Below are positions 27,233 to 35,395 of a stretch of DNA of 64,000 nucleotides, piece after piece (position 1 is the stretch's first letter; each line of letters begins with the position of its first letter). Origin of the DNA: an uncultured Bacteroidales bacterium (GTDB lineage Bacteria > Bacteroidota > Bacteroidia > Bacteroidales > UBA932); contig CALVDI010000006.1 of the NCBI GenBank assembly GCA_944326225.1, positions 1,981-65,980 of the forward strand, written 5' to 3'. Under the pieces are notes generated by a model. The model did not search any database. It worked only from the letters and a program-made list of their open reading frames with translations, and was not told the origin of the DNA. Position numbers and translations under genes: made by a program.

Positions 27233-28178
27233 CGCTTATGGACTTGTAGTTGTAGATGCGGTCAATGACCTCTGCGAACATGTCCGCCACGGACAGGACG
27301 GTGAATTTGGAGAGGTCCGTACCGGCGGGGGCTCTAAGGGGAAGGGTGTCGGTAACAACCACCTCCTGAAGGGCGGACTTGTTGATGCGCTCGTAGGCCT
27401 GGCCGGAGAATACCGGATGGGTGGCCATGGCCCTTACGCTGAGTGCGCCTTTCTCCATAAGCATGTCGGCTGCTTTTGTTATGGTGCCGGCTGTGTCTAT
27501 CATGTCGTCGATGATCACGATGTTGCGTCCCTCGACGTCACCGATGGCGGTCATGGAGCCTACCACGTTGGGCCTCTCACGCGACTTGTGGCAGATGATC
27601 ATGGGGCAGCCCAGTACGCGGGAGTAGGCGTTGGCCCTCTTGGCGCCTCCCATGTCCGGGGCGGCTATGGAGAGGTTGTCCAGCTGCATGTCCCTCAGGT
27701 AAGGCAGGAAAATGGTGCTTGCGTATATGTGGTCTACCGGAAAATCGAAGAATCCCTGGATCTGGTCGGCATGCAGGTCGGTGGTGATCACGCGGTCGCA
27801 TCCTGCGGCTACAAGAAGGTTGGCCACCAGCTTGGCTCCGATGGAGACTCTGGGACGGTCCTTGCGGTCCTGACGGGCCCAGCCGAAGTAGGGGATGACG
27901 GCAATGACCTTGTAGGCCGATGCCCTGCGGGCCGCGTCAATCATGAGCAGGAGCTCAAAGAGGTTGTCCAGCGGCGGAAATGTGGACTGGACTATGAATG
28001 TGGTGGTTCCGCGGACGGATTCGTTGAATGCCGGCTGGAACTCGCCGTCGCTGAAGTCGGTTACTACTGAGTCTCCAAGCTCGAGACCGAGGGATTTGGC
28101 GATTCTCTCAGCCAGATAGCGTGAGCCTCTGCATGAGAAGATCTTGATGCTGTGTGTGTGGTTGGCAGTGTGTTTCAT
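27216..28178 (-). CDS. prs: Ribose-phosphate pyrophosphokinase
   Basis: FSDGE..., RQDRK, and the DDMIDTAGT PRPP-binding loop. Confidence 0.95.
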   Translation of the reverse strand: MKHTANHTHSIKIFSCRGSRYLAERIAKSLGLELGDSVVTDFSDGEFQPAFNESVRGTTTFIVQSTFPPLDNLFELLLMIDAARRASAYKVIAVIPYFGWARQDRKDRPRVSIGAKLVANLLVAAGCDRVITTDLHADQIQGFFDFPVDHIYASTIFLPYLRDMQLDNLSIAAPDMGGAKRANAYSRVLGCPMIICHKSRERPNVVGSMTAIGDVEGRNIVIIDDMIDTAGTITKAADMLMEKGALSVRAMATHPVFSGQAYERINKSALQEVVVTDTLPLRAPAGTDLSKFTVLSVADMFAEVIDRIYNYKSISDAFGF

Positions 28179-28199
28179 ATCGTATCAGTGTTTCGTGTA

Positions 28200-28811
28200 T
28201 TACTTGGTTGTTGGTATTCTGTTGTTTTTCAGGTCAGCCTCTATAAGGTCCAGTACAGCGTCCTTTCCGGTCTTCTTCTCGGAGGATGTGGGGATGACTG
28301 TAATGCCGGGCTTTATTGCGTCCAGACTGGCCTGTATGGATGCTGCGTTCCTCTCCAGTGCGGACTTGGACAGCTTGTCGCTTTTTGTCAGTATGACGGT
28401 GAAAGGGATGTTCGCTCCGGCTACTGCGGATATGAAGCTGCGGTCTATCTCCATCATCTCGTGCCGCGAGTCCAGCAGTATGAACAGCATGGCCAGCTCC
28501 TCGGAGTGACTCACGTAGTCCTCTATCATGGCTTTCAGCGTGGCCTGCGCCTTCTTGGAGGCCTTGGCGAAGCCGTAGCCCGGCAGGTCTACCAGATACC
28601 AGCTGTCATTGATGAGGAAGTGGTTGACCAGTATGGTCTTGCCTGGCATGGCCGAGGTCTTCGCCAGGCTCTTCTGAGCGCACAGCATGTTGATGAGCGA
28701 GGACTTGCCGACGTTGGACCGTCCGATGAAGGCGTACTCGGGTGCTCTGAGTTTCGGCTTCTGCTCCACTTTTGTGCTGCTTCCCTTGAATATGGCTGTC
28801 TTGATAATCAT
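28200..28811 (-). CDS. engB: Ribosome biogenesis GTP-binding protein YihA/YsxC
   Basis: GRSNVGKSSLIN, DLPGYGFA, TKSDK motifs. Confidence 0.9.
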   Translation of the reverse strand: MIIKTAIFKGSSTKVEQKPKLRAPEYAFIGRSNVGKSSLINMLCAQKSLAKTSAMPGKTILVNHFLINDSWYLVDLPGYGFAKASKKAQATLKAMIEDYVSHSEELAMLFILLDSRHEMMEIDRSFISAVAGANIPFTVILTKSDKLSKSALERNAASIQASLDAIKPGITVIPTSSEKKTGKDAVLDLIEADLKNNRIPTTK

Positions 28812-28826
28812 TCTGCTTTAAAACGG

Positions 28827-28834
28827 CAAAAATA
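28827..28834 (-). promoter_or_regulatory. -7 box (TATTTTTG) for engB-prs-nadE
   Basis: Exact TAnnTTTG 15 nt upstream of the ATG at 28811. Confidence 0.5.
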
Positions 28835-28881
28835 GCAAAATTTTCCACTCCCTCCCAATACTTTCTTTGGCGTATTTGTGT

Positions 28882-28889
28882 TAAATTTG
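28882..28889 (+). promoter_or_regulatory. -7 box (TAAATTTG) for xseA
   Basis: Exact TAnnTTTG 15 nt upstream of the ATG at 28905. Confidence 0.5.
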
Positions 28890-28904
28890 TTCGTGGAATA
28901 AAAT

Positions 28905-30242
28905 ATGATAAATGGTATGCGGGAATATATTTCATTGGCGCAGTTGTTGATGAGGGTGAAAGGCGCAGTGGCCGAGGCACTTCCAGGGCCCGTGTGGGTG
29001 AAAGCCGAGATACATGAGCTGAGGATTCACGGCAACGGGCACTGCTATATGGAACTGGTGGAGAAGGGTTCGGGCCGGGATGTGTTCAGCGCGAAGGTGT
29101 CGGCTGTCATCTGGCGGTCCAGGCGCGCGCTGGTGGAGGCGGCTTTCTATCAGGGAACCGGGCGCAGGCTGGAGGCCGGTATGACAGTGCTGGTGCAGGT
29201 GCGGGTGCAGTATTCGGAACTATACGGTATGAGCCTGAGTGTCGAGGACATTGATCCTGCTTTTACACTGGGGGAGGTGGAGCTGGCCCGGCAACGTACT
29301 TTGGAAAGGCTTTCCCGAGAGGGGCTTCTGGAGTTGAACAAAGCCCTGCCCATGCCCGGTCTGCCGAGAAGGTTTGCCCTGATAACTTCCGAGACGGCCG
29401 CCGGTTACGGGGACTTTATGAATCATCTTTACGATAACGGCTACGGATTCCGTTTTTATACAAGGTTGTATCCGGCTCCGATGCAGGGAGCTGCGGCTCC
29501 GGCCGGAATTATAGACGCTCTGAACAGCGTGCTGGATGACCTGGCCGAGGGGGCTGAGTATGATGCGGTGCTGTTGCTGCGCGGAGGCGGGGCGGTAGCG
29601 GATCTGGTGTGCTTTGACGATTACGACCTGGCGGTCAGTATTGCCCGCTTTCCGCTGCCGGTGCTGGTGGCCGTGGGACATGAGCGGGACAGGCATATCT
29701 GTGACATGGTGGCGGCCAGGTCTCTCAAGACCCCGACTGCCCTTGCCGACTACATAGTGGATGCTTTCGTGGCAGAGGACGCTTCCCTGACGGCTCTGTC
29801 CGACCGTCTGCGTTCGTCGGTCACGCTCAGGATGGAGAATCTGCGCCTGCGTCAGGAGCAGACGGCCCGTCGGCTCCAGTCCGGGACGGCCATGCGCTGC
29901 CGTCTGGAAGGCAACCGTATGGATATGCTGCTCATGCGTGTCAGGAAAGGAGTGACGGTGCGTTCCGGCAATGAGCAGAACGGACTGAACATGTTGTGGA
30001 TGAGAGCCAGGAGCGGTGTGACTCTGCGTCTTAAGGCGGAGTCGGGCAGATTGGACATGCTGGAGCTCCGCATCCGCAAGGGTGATCCTGTGGCCATGCT
30101 CCGGCCCGGCAGCGCCTATGTGCTGCGCGGAGGGCGTCCGGTGGAGTCTGCCGCCCTCCTCGCGCCCGGAGACAGCATAGACCTGCTTCTGAGTGACGGC
30201 ACCGCCCGCTGCCTCGTCGAGGACATCCGTCAGCAGAAATAA
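28905..30242 (+). CDS. xseA: Exodeoxyribonuclease VII large subunit
   Basis: OB-fold N-terminus (VWVKAEI...GHCYMELV), catalytic core, repetitive coiled C-terminal region. Its last ~80 nt contain direct repeat copy 1. Confidence 0.9.
   Translation: MINGMREYISLAQLLMRVKGAVAEALPGPVWVKAEIHELRIHGNGHCYMELVEKGSGRDVFSAKVSAVIWRSRRALVEAAFYQGTGRRLEAGMTVLVQVRVQYSELYGMSLSVEDIDPAFTLGEVELARQRTLERLSREGLLELNKALPMPGLPRRFALITSETAAGYGDFMNHLYDNGYGFRFYTRLYPAPMQGAAAPAGIIDALNSVLDDLAEGAEYDAVLLLRGGGAVADLVCFDDYDLAVSIARFPLPVLVAVGHERDRHICDMVAARSLKTPTALADYIVDAFVAEDASLTALSDRLRSSVTLRMENLRLRQEQTARRLQSGTAMRCRLEGNRMDMLLMRVRKGVTVRSGNEQNGLNMLWMRARSGVTLRLKAESGRLDMLELRIRKGDPVAMLRPGSAYVLRGGRPVESAALLAPGDSIDLLLSDGTARCLVEDIRQQK
30164..30217. 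repeat. 54-bp perfect direct repeat, left copy (inside the xseA 3' end)
   Basis: GCCCGGAGACAGCATAGACCTGCTTCTGAGTGACGGCACCGCCCGCTGCCTCGT, identical to 32287-32340. Confidence 0.95.
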
Positions 30243-30762
30243 GCAGTGATTGGCTACAGGCTTTTAGCCAATGAACATCCCGCAGGTGTCTGCTGTGACT
30301 CCTTCGGAAGGAGTGGCGCATTCCCGTCTTTTTGACACTCCTTCCGAAGGAGTGATCGGTTCAAGAACATGCAAGGTAATGATGCCGGCCGGGCGTAAAC
30401 AGCTTTAGGGATATTTACTGGTGTTTTTGCAGAGTGCTTGATTTACAATGACTTTTATCGCTGAATATCAGCCATATGAGAAAATAACGGTACAACTATC
30501 AGTTAAGGAAAAGAGGGAGTGAAAAAATTGCTTTGAGGGAATGAAAATTTTAGAAAAGACTTGAGTTTGAGCTGTAATATTTAACTAAATATTAACAGTT
30601 CATTAGTGTTTTTTGTAGGTGGTGGACGCCTTGAGGTAAAAATGTCGGCTAATACGGATTTAGGTGACTAACAATCCACCAAGTGAATAGAGAACGAGGA
30701 ACCTACAAGCACAATAGCTTCAAATATCATTCATGGAGAGTGTGTATTCACCTGATTATTAC

Positions 30763-30770
30763 TACTTTTG
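30763..30770 (+). promoter_or_regulatory. -7 box (TACTTTTG) for the ECF sigma gene
   Basis: Exact TAnnTTTG 39 nt upstream of the ATG at 30810. Confidence 0.45.
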
Positions 30771-30809
30771 CAGAGAGAAACAAAAAAATACCTAAAATAA
30801 ATCGCGTTT

Positions 30810-31352
30810 ATGAAACTTTCGGGGCTAAATCTGCATCTAACGAGGCAAAACAAACGAAGTATGACAGACCCACCAACTAACGAAAGGGATTTTGCCTCGC
30901 TCATAAAGCAGCACTCCCGAATTATCAACAAGGTCAGCTATTTCTATGCTACCGACAAATTGCCGTTTGATGACCTTCGGCAAGAAATCTATGTCAACAT
31001 CTGGCTGGGATTAAAACAGTTCCGAGGTGACAGCAAAATATCTACATGGATTTATCGGGTAGCAGTAAATTCGGCATTCATGGCCTTGCGTTCGTCAAAA
31101 TCAAACATAGAAACTGCATCGGTTGATTTTGGTCTGCTCGACCTCTCTTCCGAGATTGACGATGCGCAAAAGGAGAATCTTCAAGTTCTACACTCACTAA
31201 TTAATAGACTTGAAGATATGGAGAAAGCTATCATACTCCTTTGGCTTGATGAGTATTCGTATGATGAAATAGCTGATACACTTGGCATTAAACGCAATAC
31301 TGTTGCAGTTAAAATCCACCGTATTAAAGACAAACTTTCAAAACAGATGTAA
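30810..31352 (+). CDS. ECF-type RNA polymerase sigma-70 family factor
   Basis: Region 2 (DLRQEIYVNIWLGLKQFRG...STWIYRVAVN) and region 4 (YDEIADTLGIKRNTVAVKIHR). An alternative start lies at 30861. Confidence 0.8.
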   Translation: MKLSGLNLHLTRQNKRSMTDPPTNERDFASLIKQHSRIINKVSYFYATDKLPFDDLRQEIYVNIWLGLKQFRGDSKISTWIYRVAVNSAFMALRSSKSNIETASVDFGLLDLSSEIDDAQKENLQVLHSLINRLEDMEKAIILLWLDEYSYDEIADTLGIKRNTVAVKIHRIKDKLSKQM

Positions 31353-31353
31353 T

Positions 31354-31905
31354 ATGAAACTCAACGAACTTAAAAAAAGCATGTCAACGCTTGAGCAGGT
31401 GCTCGCCAAGACAAACACTGATATAAAGATAAACGTGTCAGCCTCCAAAACAGCGCAGACCAAGATACTAAAAGAATTCCGCAAGGCATATACATCTTTG
31501 CTCTTAGTAGCTATTATATTTGTGGCTGCGGCAATCTACAACATCAATCCAATCTCGTTTCCTCTCTATCTGAAAATATACCTGTCTTCGTTCCTCGCTA
31601 TCGGTGCAATATGGTACATTTATCTGTACTGCAAATTAAAGAGCATCAACATAGCCGTCCTCTCTCCCAAACAACTTTTTTCAAAAACTGCAACTATCAA
31701 GTTGCTGACATTATCGGGTGAAATATTCATCGGCATGTGTCTTGTTTTCTTTTTCGCCCTTCTTTTGCCGAGCGTATGGACTTTTCACCGTATTGGCTTC
31801 TGGATAATGACAATTGGACTGATTTTAGGCATTGTTTACAGCATATTCCATTATTGGCCGCAATACATAAAACTGTTCCGTGACCTCAATTCCATAAAGG
31901 AATAA
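31354..31905 (+). CDS. Four-TM membrane protein, possible anti-sigma partner
   Basis: Starts 1 nt after the sigma stop. About 45-aa cytoplasmic N-terminus, then four hydrophobic helices. No zf-HC2 motif. Confidence 0.55.
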   Translation: MKLNELKKSMSTLEQVLAKTNTDIKINVSASKTAQTKILKEFRKAYTSLLLVAIIFVAAAIYNINPISFPLYLKIYLSSFLAIGAIWYIYLYCKLKSINIAVLSPKQLFSKTATIKLLTLSGEIFIGMCLVFFFALLLPSVWTFHRIGFWIMTIGLILGIVYSIFHYWPQYIKLFRDLNSIKE

Positions 31906-31929
31906 ATCCAGTCTATTCATACTCTTCAA

Positions 31930-31960
31930 GAAAGCCGCTCACAATCCGAGCGGCTTTCTT
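31930..31960. terminator. Terminator hairpin after the cassette genes
   Basis: GAAAGCCGCTC-acaatcc-GAGCGGCTTTC followed by TT. Confidence 0.6.
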
Positions 31961-32286
31961 ATATCGTAAACCACCTATTGCAGTCCCCTTAAAGGAAAGT
32001 TGAAAATGCGAAGGACTTGTCCATGAACGTATCACGCACGGACTGCTTGTAGTTAGCTGCTGGAATGAGCCGCCGTTTCGCCGGGCTGCCCATTGCTTTC
32101 TTCTTTCCCTCCTGTCGTGTGAGGGCTGTTTCTTCTGTCGTTTGCATATCTTCTTTCATCTTCCCTTTTGTCTTTTTCCCCTGCTTGGCGAATACTGAAA
32201 CGCTCCGCTTGCAGTAGGTTGTTTCCTTAATCATCAGGAAGAAATCCTCCTTGGTGATTAGCGTAATGTGGTATGTTATCCTGCAA

Positions 32287-32340
32287 GCCCGGAGACAGCA
32301 TAGACCTGCTTCTGAGTGACGGCACCGCCCGCTGCCTCGT
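32287..32340. repeat. 54-bp perfect direct repeat, right copy
   Basis: Identical to 30164-30217. Continues into a different short tail (…LVDSVRSDKCGGN stop), an alternative xseA C-terminus. Confidence 0.95.
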
Positions 32341-32416
32341 TGACTCTGTCAGGAGCGACAAGTGTGGTGGAAATTAAAAAAATCAAGAATGTTTCCTGAA
32401 AAGGAACGGAATTTGT

Positions 32417-32424
32417 TACATTTG
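32417..32424 (+). promoter_or_regulatory. -7 box (TACATTTG) for the toxin-antitoxin pair
   Basis: Exact TAnnTTTG 17 nt upstream of the ATG at 32442. Confidence 0.5.
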
Positions 32425-32441
32425 CATTAGATTAAAGTTGT

Positions 32442-32804
32442 ATGGTAGGACGGGAAAGATTTAAAGTGTTGTATTTGAAAGAGGCGGTAGAGTTTTTAGA
32501 GTCATTGGATGGAAAGGCCAGGGAAAAAATAGTCTTTAACATCAGTAAGGCGATGCATGTGGTGGATAAAGATTTGTTTAAGAAGATGGGAGACTCTGAC
32601 ATATGGGAATTCCGCACTTTATATAGGGGGATTGCGTATCGCCTTTTAGCCTTTTGGGATACAGAGTCGGAGACACTTGTGGTTGTGGCGCACGGGTTTG
32701 TGAAAAAGACTCAGAAAACGCCTAAAAGAGAGATAGAAAGGGCGGACGGGATAAGAAAACGATATTTTGATTTTAAAAGAAAATACAATGGAGAAAATCG
32801 GTAA
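32442..32804 (+). CDS. RelE/HigB-type toxin (phage Gp49-like family)
   Basis: 120 aa. ...IWEFRTLYRGIAYRLLAFWD....LVVVAHGFVKKTQKTP pattern typical of Gp49/HigB-like toxins. Confidence 0.7.
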   Translation: MVGRERFKVLYLKEAVEFLESLDGKAREKIVFNISKAMHVVDKDLFKKMGDSDIWEFRTLYRGIAYRLLAFWDTESETLVVVAHGFVKKTQKTPKREIERADGIRKRYFDFKRKYNGENR

Positions 32805-33114
32805 TATGGAGCTCTTTACTCATGAAGAGGTGTTGGATCGGGTTGTTGGAGAAAAAGGTACTTCTGCACGTGCGGAGTTTGATCAGAGGATGGATGAATT
32901 TCTTATAGGGGACGCTATCAGGCATACGCGGGAAGCCAACCATCTGACACAGGAACAACTTGGAGAGCTTATGGGAGTGAAGCGGGCTCAAATTTCAAAG
33001 ATTGAAAGTGGAAAAAGCATTACTTATTCCACTATTGTAAGAGCTTTTAAAGCCATGGGCGTAAAGACCGCCAGTCTGGATATGGGAGCGATGGGCAAGG
33101 TCGCGTTGTGGTGA
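32788..33114 (+). CDS. XRE-family HTH antitoxin (HigA-like)
   Basis: LTQEQLGELMGVKRAQISKIESGK HTH. Overlaps the toxin 3' end; toxin-first order as in higBA. Confidence 0.7.
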   Translation: MEKIGNMELFTHEEVLDRVVGEKGTSARAEFDQRMDEFLIGDAIRHTREANHLTQEQLGELMGVKRAQISKIESGKSITYSTIVRAFKAMGVKTASLDMGAMGKVALW

Positions 33115-33135
33115 TTATAGACCAAATCAAAGATA

Positions 33136-33330
33136 ATGGAAATGGAGAATATGAAGTATGAGGAGGCGCTCGGGCGTCTGGAGAAGATAGTGGCGGAGAT
33201 AGAGAATCCGCAGACCGCCGTCGGAGATATACCGGCGAAGGTCAGGGAGGCGGCCGCGCTGCTGGCATACTGCCGCAGGATGCTCAAGGAGAGCGAGGAG
33301 AGTATCGGCAGGATACTTGAGGAACAGTAA
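33136..33330 (+). CDS. xseB: Exodeoxyribonuclease VII small subunit
   Basis: 64 aa; YEEALGRLEKIVAEIE is the XseB signature region. Confidence 0.9.
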   Translation: MEMENMKYEEALGRLEKIVAEIENPQTAVGDIPAKVREAAALLAYCRRMLKESEESIGRILEEQ

Positions 33331-33413
33331 CCGCCGGGCGGGTGTGTCCCGAAAGCCTGCCGGAACGGCTGGGTGTGACGGAATATTGAAGTACGATAAA
33401 AACGACAGAAGTT

Positions 33414-35384
33414 ATGATTTACGATGCGGATCCGTATCTGGCCCCGTACCGGGAACAGATAGACAGACGTTACAGAAACATAGTGTTTCAGAAGCAGGAG
33501 ACGGCCGGTTATGGCCGCAGGCTCACCGATGCGGTGAACAATCATCTGTACTACGGAGTCCATCGGGAGAAGGACAGTGTGGTGTTCCGCGAGTGGGCTC
33601 CCAATGCCACGGCCGTATACCTGATAGGAGACGTCAATGGGTGGCGGAAGGATGAGCGTTACCGCCTTGCCGGTATCGGGAGCGGTGACTGGGAGCTGCG
33701 TCTTCCGGCAGCGGAGATGCCGCACGGCTCACTGTTCAAATGGTACGTGGAGTGGAACGGCGGCGGCGGCGAGAGGCTTCCGGCCTATGCGGTCCGCTGT
33801 GTCCAGGATCCTGAGACCAAGGTATTCGCAGCCCAGGTGTGGCTGCCTTCGAAGAGATACCGCTGGAAGCACGGATTTGTGCCTCATAACGGCAATCCTC
33901 TTATCTACGAGGCCCATATAGGCATGAGTTCCGAGCAGGAGAAGGTCGCTTCTTTCGACGAATTCCGTCGGAATGTACTGCCGCGTGTCCATGAGCTGGG
34001 CTACAACACCCTGCAGCTTATGGCCCTGCAGGAACATCCCTATTACGGGTCGTTCGGCTATCAGGTCTCTAATTTTTTCGCCCTCAGCTCGCGTTTCGGC
34101 ACTCCGGAGGAGTTCAAGGCTCTGGTAGACGAGGCGCATGGCCTGGGCATTGCAGTGGTGATGGATATCGTGCATTCCCATGCCGTGGACAACGAGGTGG
34201 AGGGCATAGGCATGCTGGACGGTACAGACTGCATGTACTGCCACAGCGGACCGAGAGGCCGTCATCCTGCATGGGGCTCCAGATGTTTCAATTACGGCAA
34301 GCCGGCCACGGTGCATTTCCTGCTCTCGAACATCAAGTTCTGGATGGAGGAGTACCATATCGACGGCTTCCGCTTTGACGGAGTGACCAGCATGATATAC
34401 CTGGATCACGGCCTGGGCAGGGACTTTACGGACTATTCCTGCTATTTCGACGGAGGTCAGGACGAGGATGCGCTGACTTATCTCGGGCTGGCCAATATCC
34501 TGGTCAAGGAGATCAACCCCAAGGCCATAACCATAGCCGAGGACGTGAGCGGTATGCCGGGTCTGGCGGCTCCCCTCAGGGACGGCGGTACAGGTTTCGA
34601 CTTCCGGCTCAGCATGGGCATAGCCGACCACTGGATCAAGTGGATAAAGGAGCGCCGGGATGAGGACTGGAGCATGGGGGAGATATACTATGAGCTGACC
34701 AACAAGCGTCAGGACGAGCGTACCGTCAGCTATGCGGAATGTCACGACCAGGCGCTTGTGGGGGACAAGACGATCATCTTCCGGCTGATGGACAAGGAGA
34801 TGTACACGGCCATGAACAGAGGCTCGCAGAATCTGACGGTGGAGCGAGGCATGGCCCTGCACAAGATGATACGCCTGGTGACCCTGGCTACGGCCGGGGA
34901 CGGATACCTCAATTTCATGGGCAATGAGTTCGGCCATCCCGAGTGGATAGACTTTCCGAGAGAGGGGAACGGCTGGTCGTATTTCTACGCCCGCCGGCAG
35001 TGGTCTCTGGCCGACAATCCCGATCTGCGGTACGGTCAGCTGCTGCAGTTCGACAAGGCCATGATACATCTTTTCTCGGAGAATGGAATACTGAGGGACA
35101 GACCTGTCCAACTTTATGTGGATGAGCGGCAAAAAGTTTTGATTTTTGGCAGAGGATATTTTATCTTTGCACTGAATTTCCATCCTGAGCGTTCTGTCTC
35201 AGATTTCAGGTTCCGCGCTGCGGCCGGAGAGTACAGGCAGGTGCTCGATTCCGATGATCCGGTGTTCGGAGGTTTCGGTAGAAATGATGGAAGTGTGTCT
35301 CACTTCACCGTGAGAGAAGGGGACTGCGACCTGCTGTCACTCTATCTGCCCAGCAGGTCGGCCATTGTCCTGAAAAGACATTAA
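33414..35384 (+). CDS. glgB: 1,4-alpha-glucan branching enzyme (GH13)
   Basis: CBM48-like N-terminus. GH13 motifs DIVHSHA, GFRFDGVTSM, IAEDVSG, YAECHDQ. Confidence 0.85.
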   Translation: MIYDADPYLAPYREQIDRRYRNIVFQKQETAGYGRRLTDAVNNHLYYGVHREKDSVVFREWAPNATAVYLIGDVNGWRKDERYRLAGIGSGDWELRLPAAEMPHGSLFKWYVEWNGGGGERLPAYAVRCVQDPETKVFAAQVWLPSKRYRWKHGFVPHNGNPLIYEAHIGMSSEQEKVASFDEFRRNVLPRVHELGYNTLQLMALQEHPYYGSFGYQVSNFFALSSRFGTPEEFKALVDEAHGLGIAVVMDIVHSHAVDNEVEGIGMLDGTDCMYCHSGPRGRHPAWGSRCFNYGKPATVHFLLSNIKFWMEEYHIDGFRFDGVTSMIYLDHGLGRDFTDYSCYFDGGQDEDALTYLGLANILVKEINPKAITIAEDVSGMPGLAAPLRDGGTGFDFRLSMGIADHWIKWIKERRDEDWSMGEIYYELTNKRQDERTVSYAECHDQALVGDKTIIFRLMDKEMYTAMNRGSQNLTVERGMALHKMIRLVTLATAGDGYLNFMGNEFGHPEWIDFPREGNGWSYFYARRQWSLADNPDLRYGQLLQFDKAMIHLFSENGILRDRPVQLYVDERQKVLIFGRGYFIFALNFHPERSVSDFRFRAAAGEYRQVLDSDDPVFGGFGRNDGSVSHFTVREGDCDLLSLYLPSRSAIVLKRH

Positions 35385-35395
35385 TTATACAATAT

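Larger units (their letters stand above)
30218..32286. mobile_element. AT-rich 2.07-kb cassette (ECF sigma + membrane protein) bracketed by att-like direct repeats; no recombinase
   Basis: Perfect 54-bp repeats on both sides duplicate the xseA 3' end. Hand GC counts on two 60-nt lines give 40-45%, against about 60% for the one core line counted (44101). Confidence 0.55.

Noticed and set aside
31989-32234. An 81-aa Lys-rich minus-strand ORF at the right end of the ECF cassette, considered as a remnant of an integrase or excisionase.
   Set aside because: It has no tyrosine/serine recombinase or HTH motif and is low-complexity. Its frame stays open into the repeat without a start. It may be non-coding, so it is left unannotated.
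33729-35183. A long (484-aa) ORF antisense to glgB. Similar long antisense or alternate-frame ORFs occur at 12198-13307, 39981-40976, 42645-44063, 44066-44929, 9116-9934, 27204-28070 and 60841-63516.
   Set aside because: Each lies opposite or out of frame to a gene with clear family motifs. The translations are Arg/Gly/His/Pro-rich with no recognisable motifs, as expected for spurious ORFs in GC-rich coding DNA.
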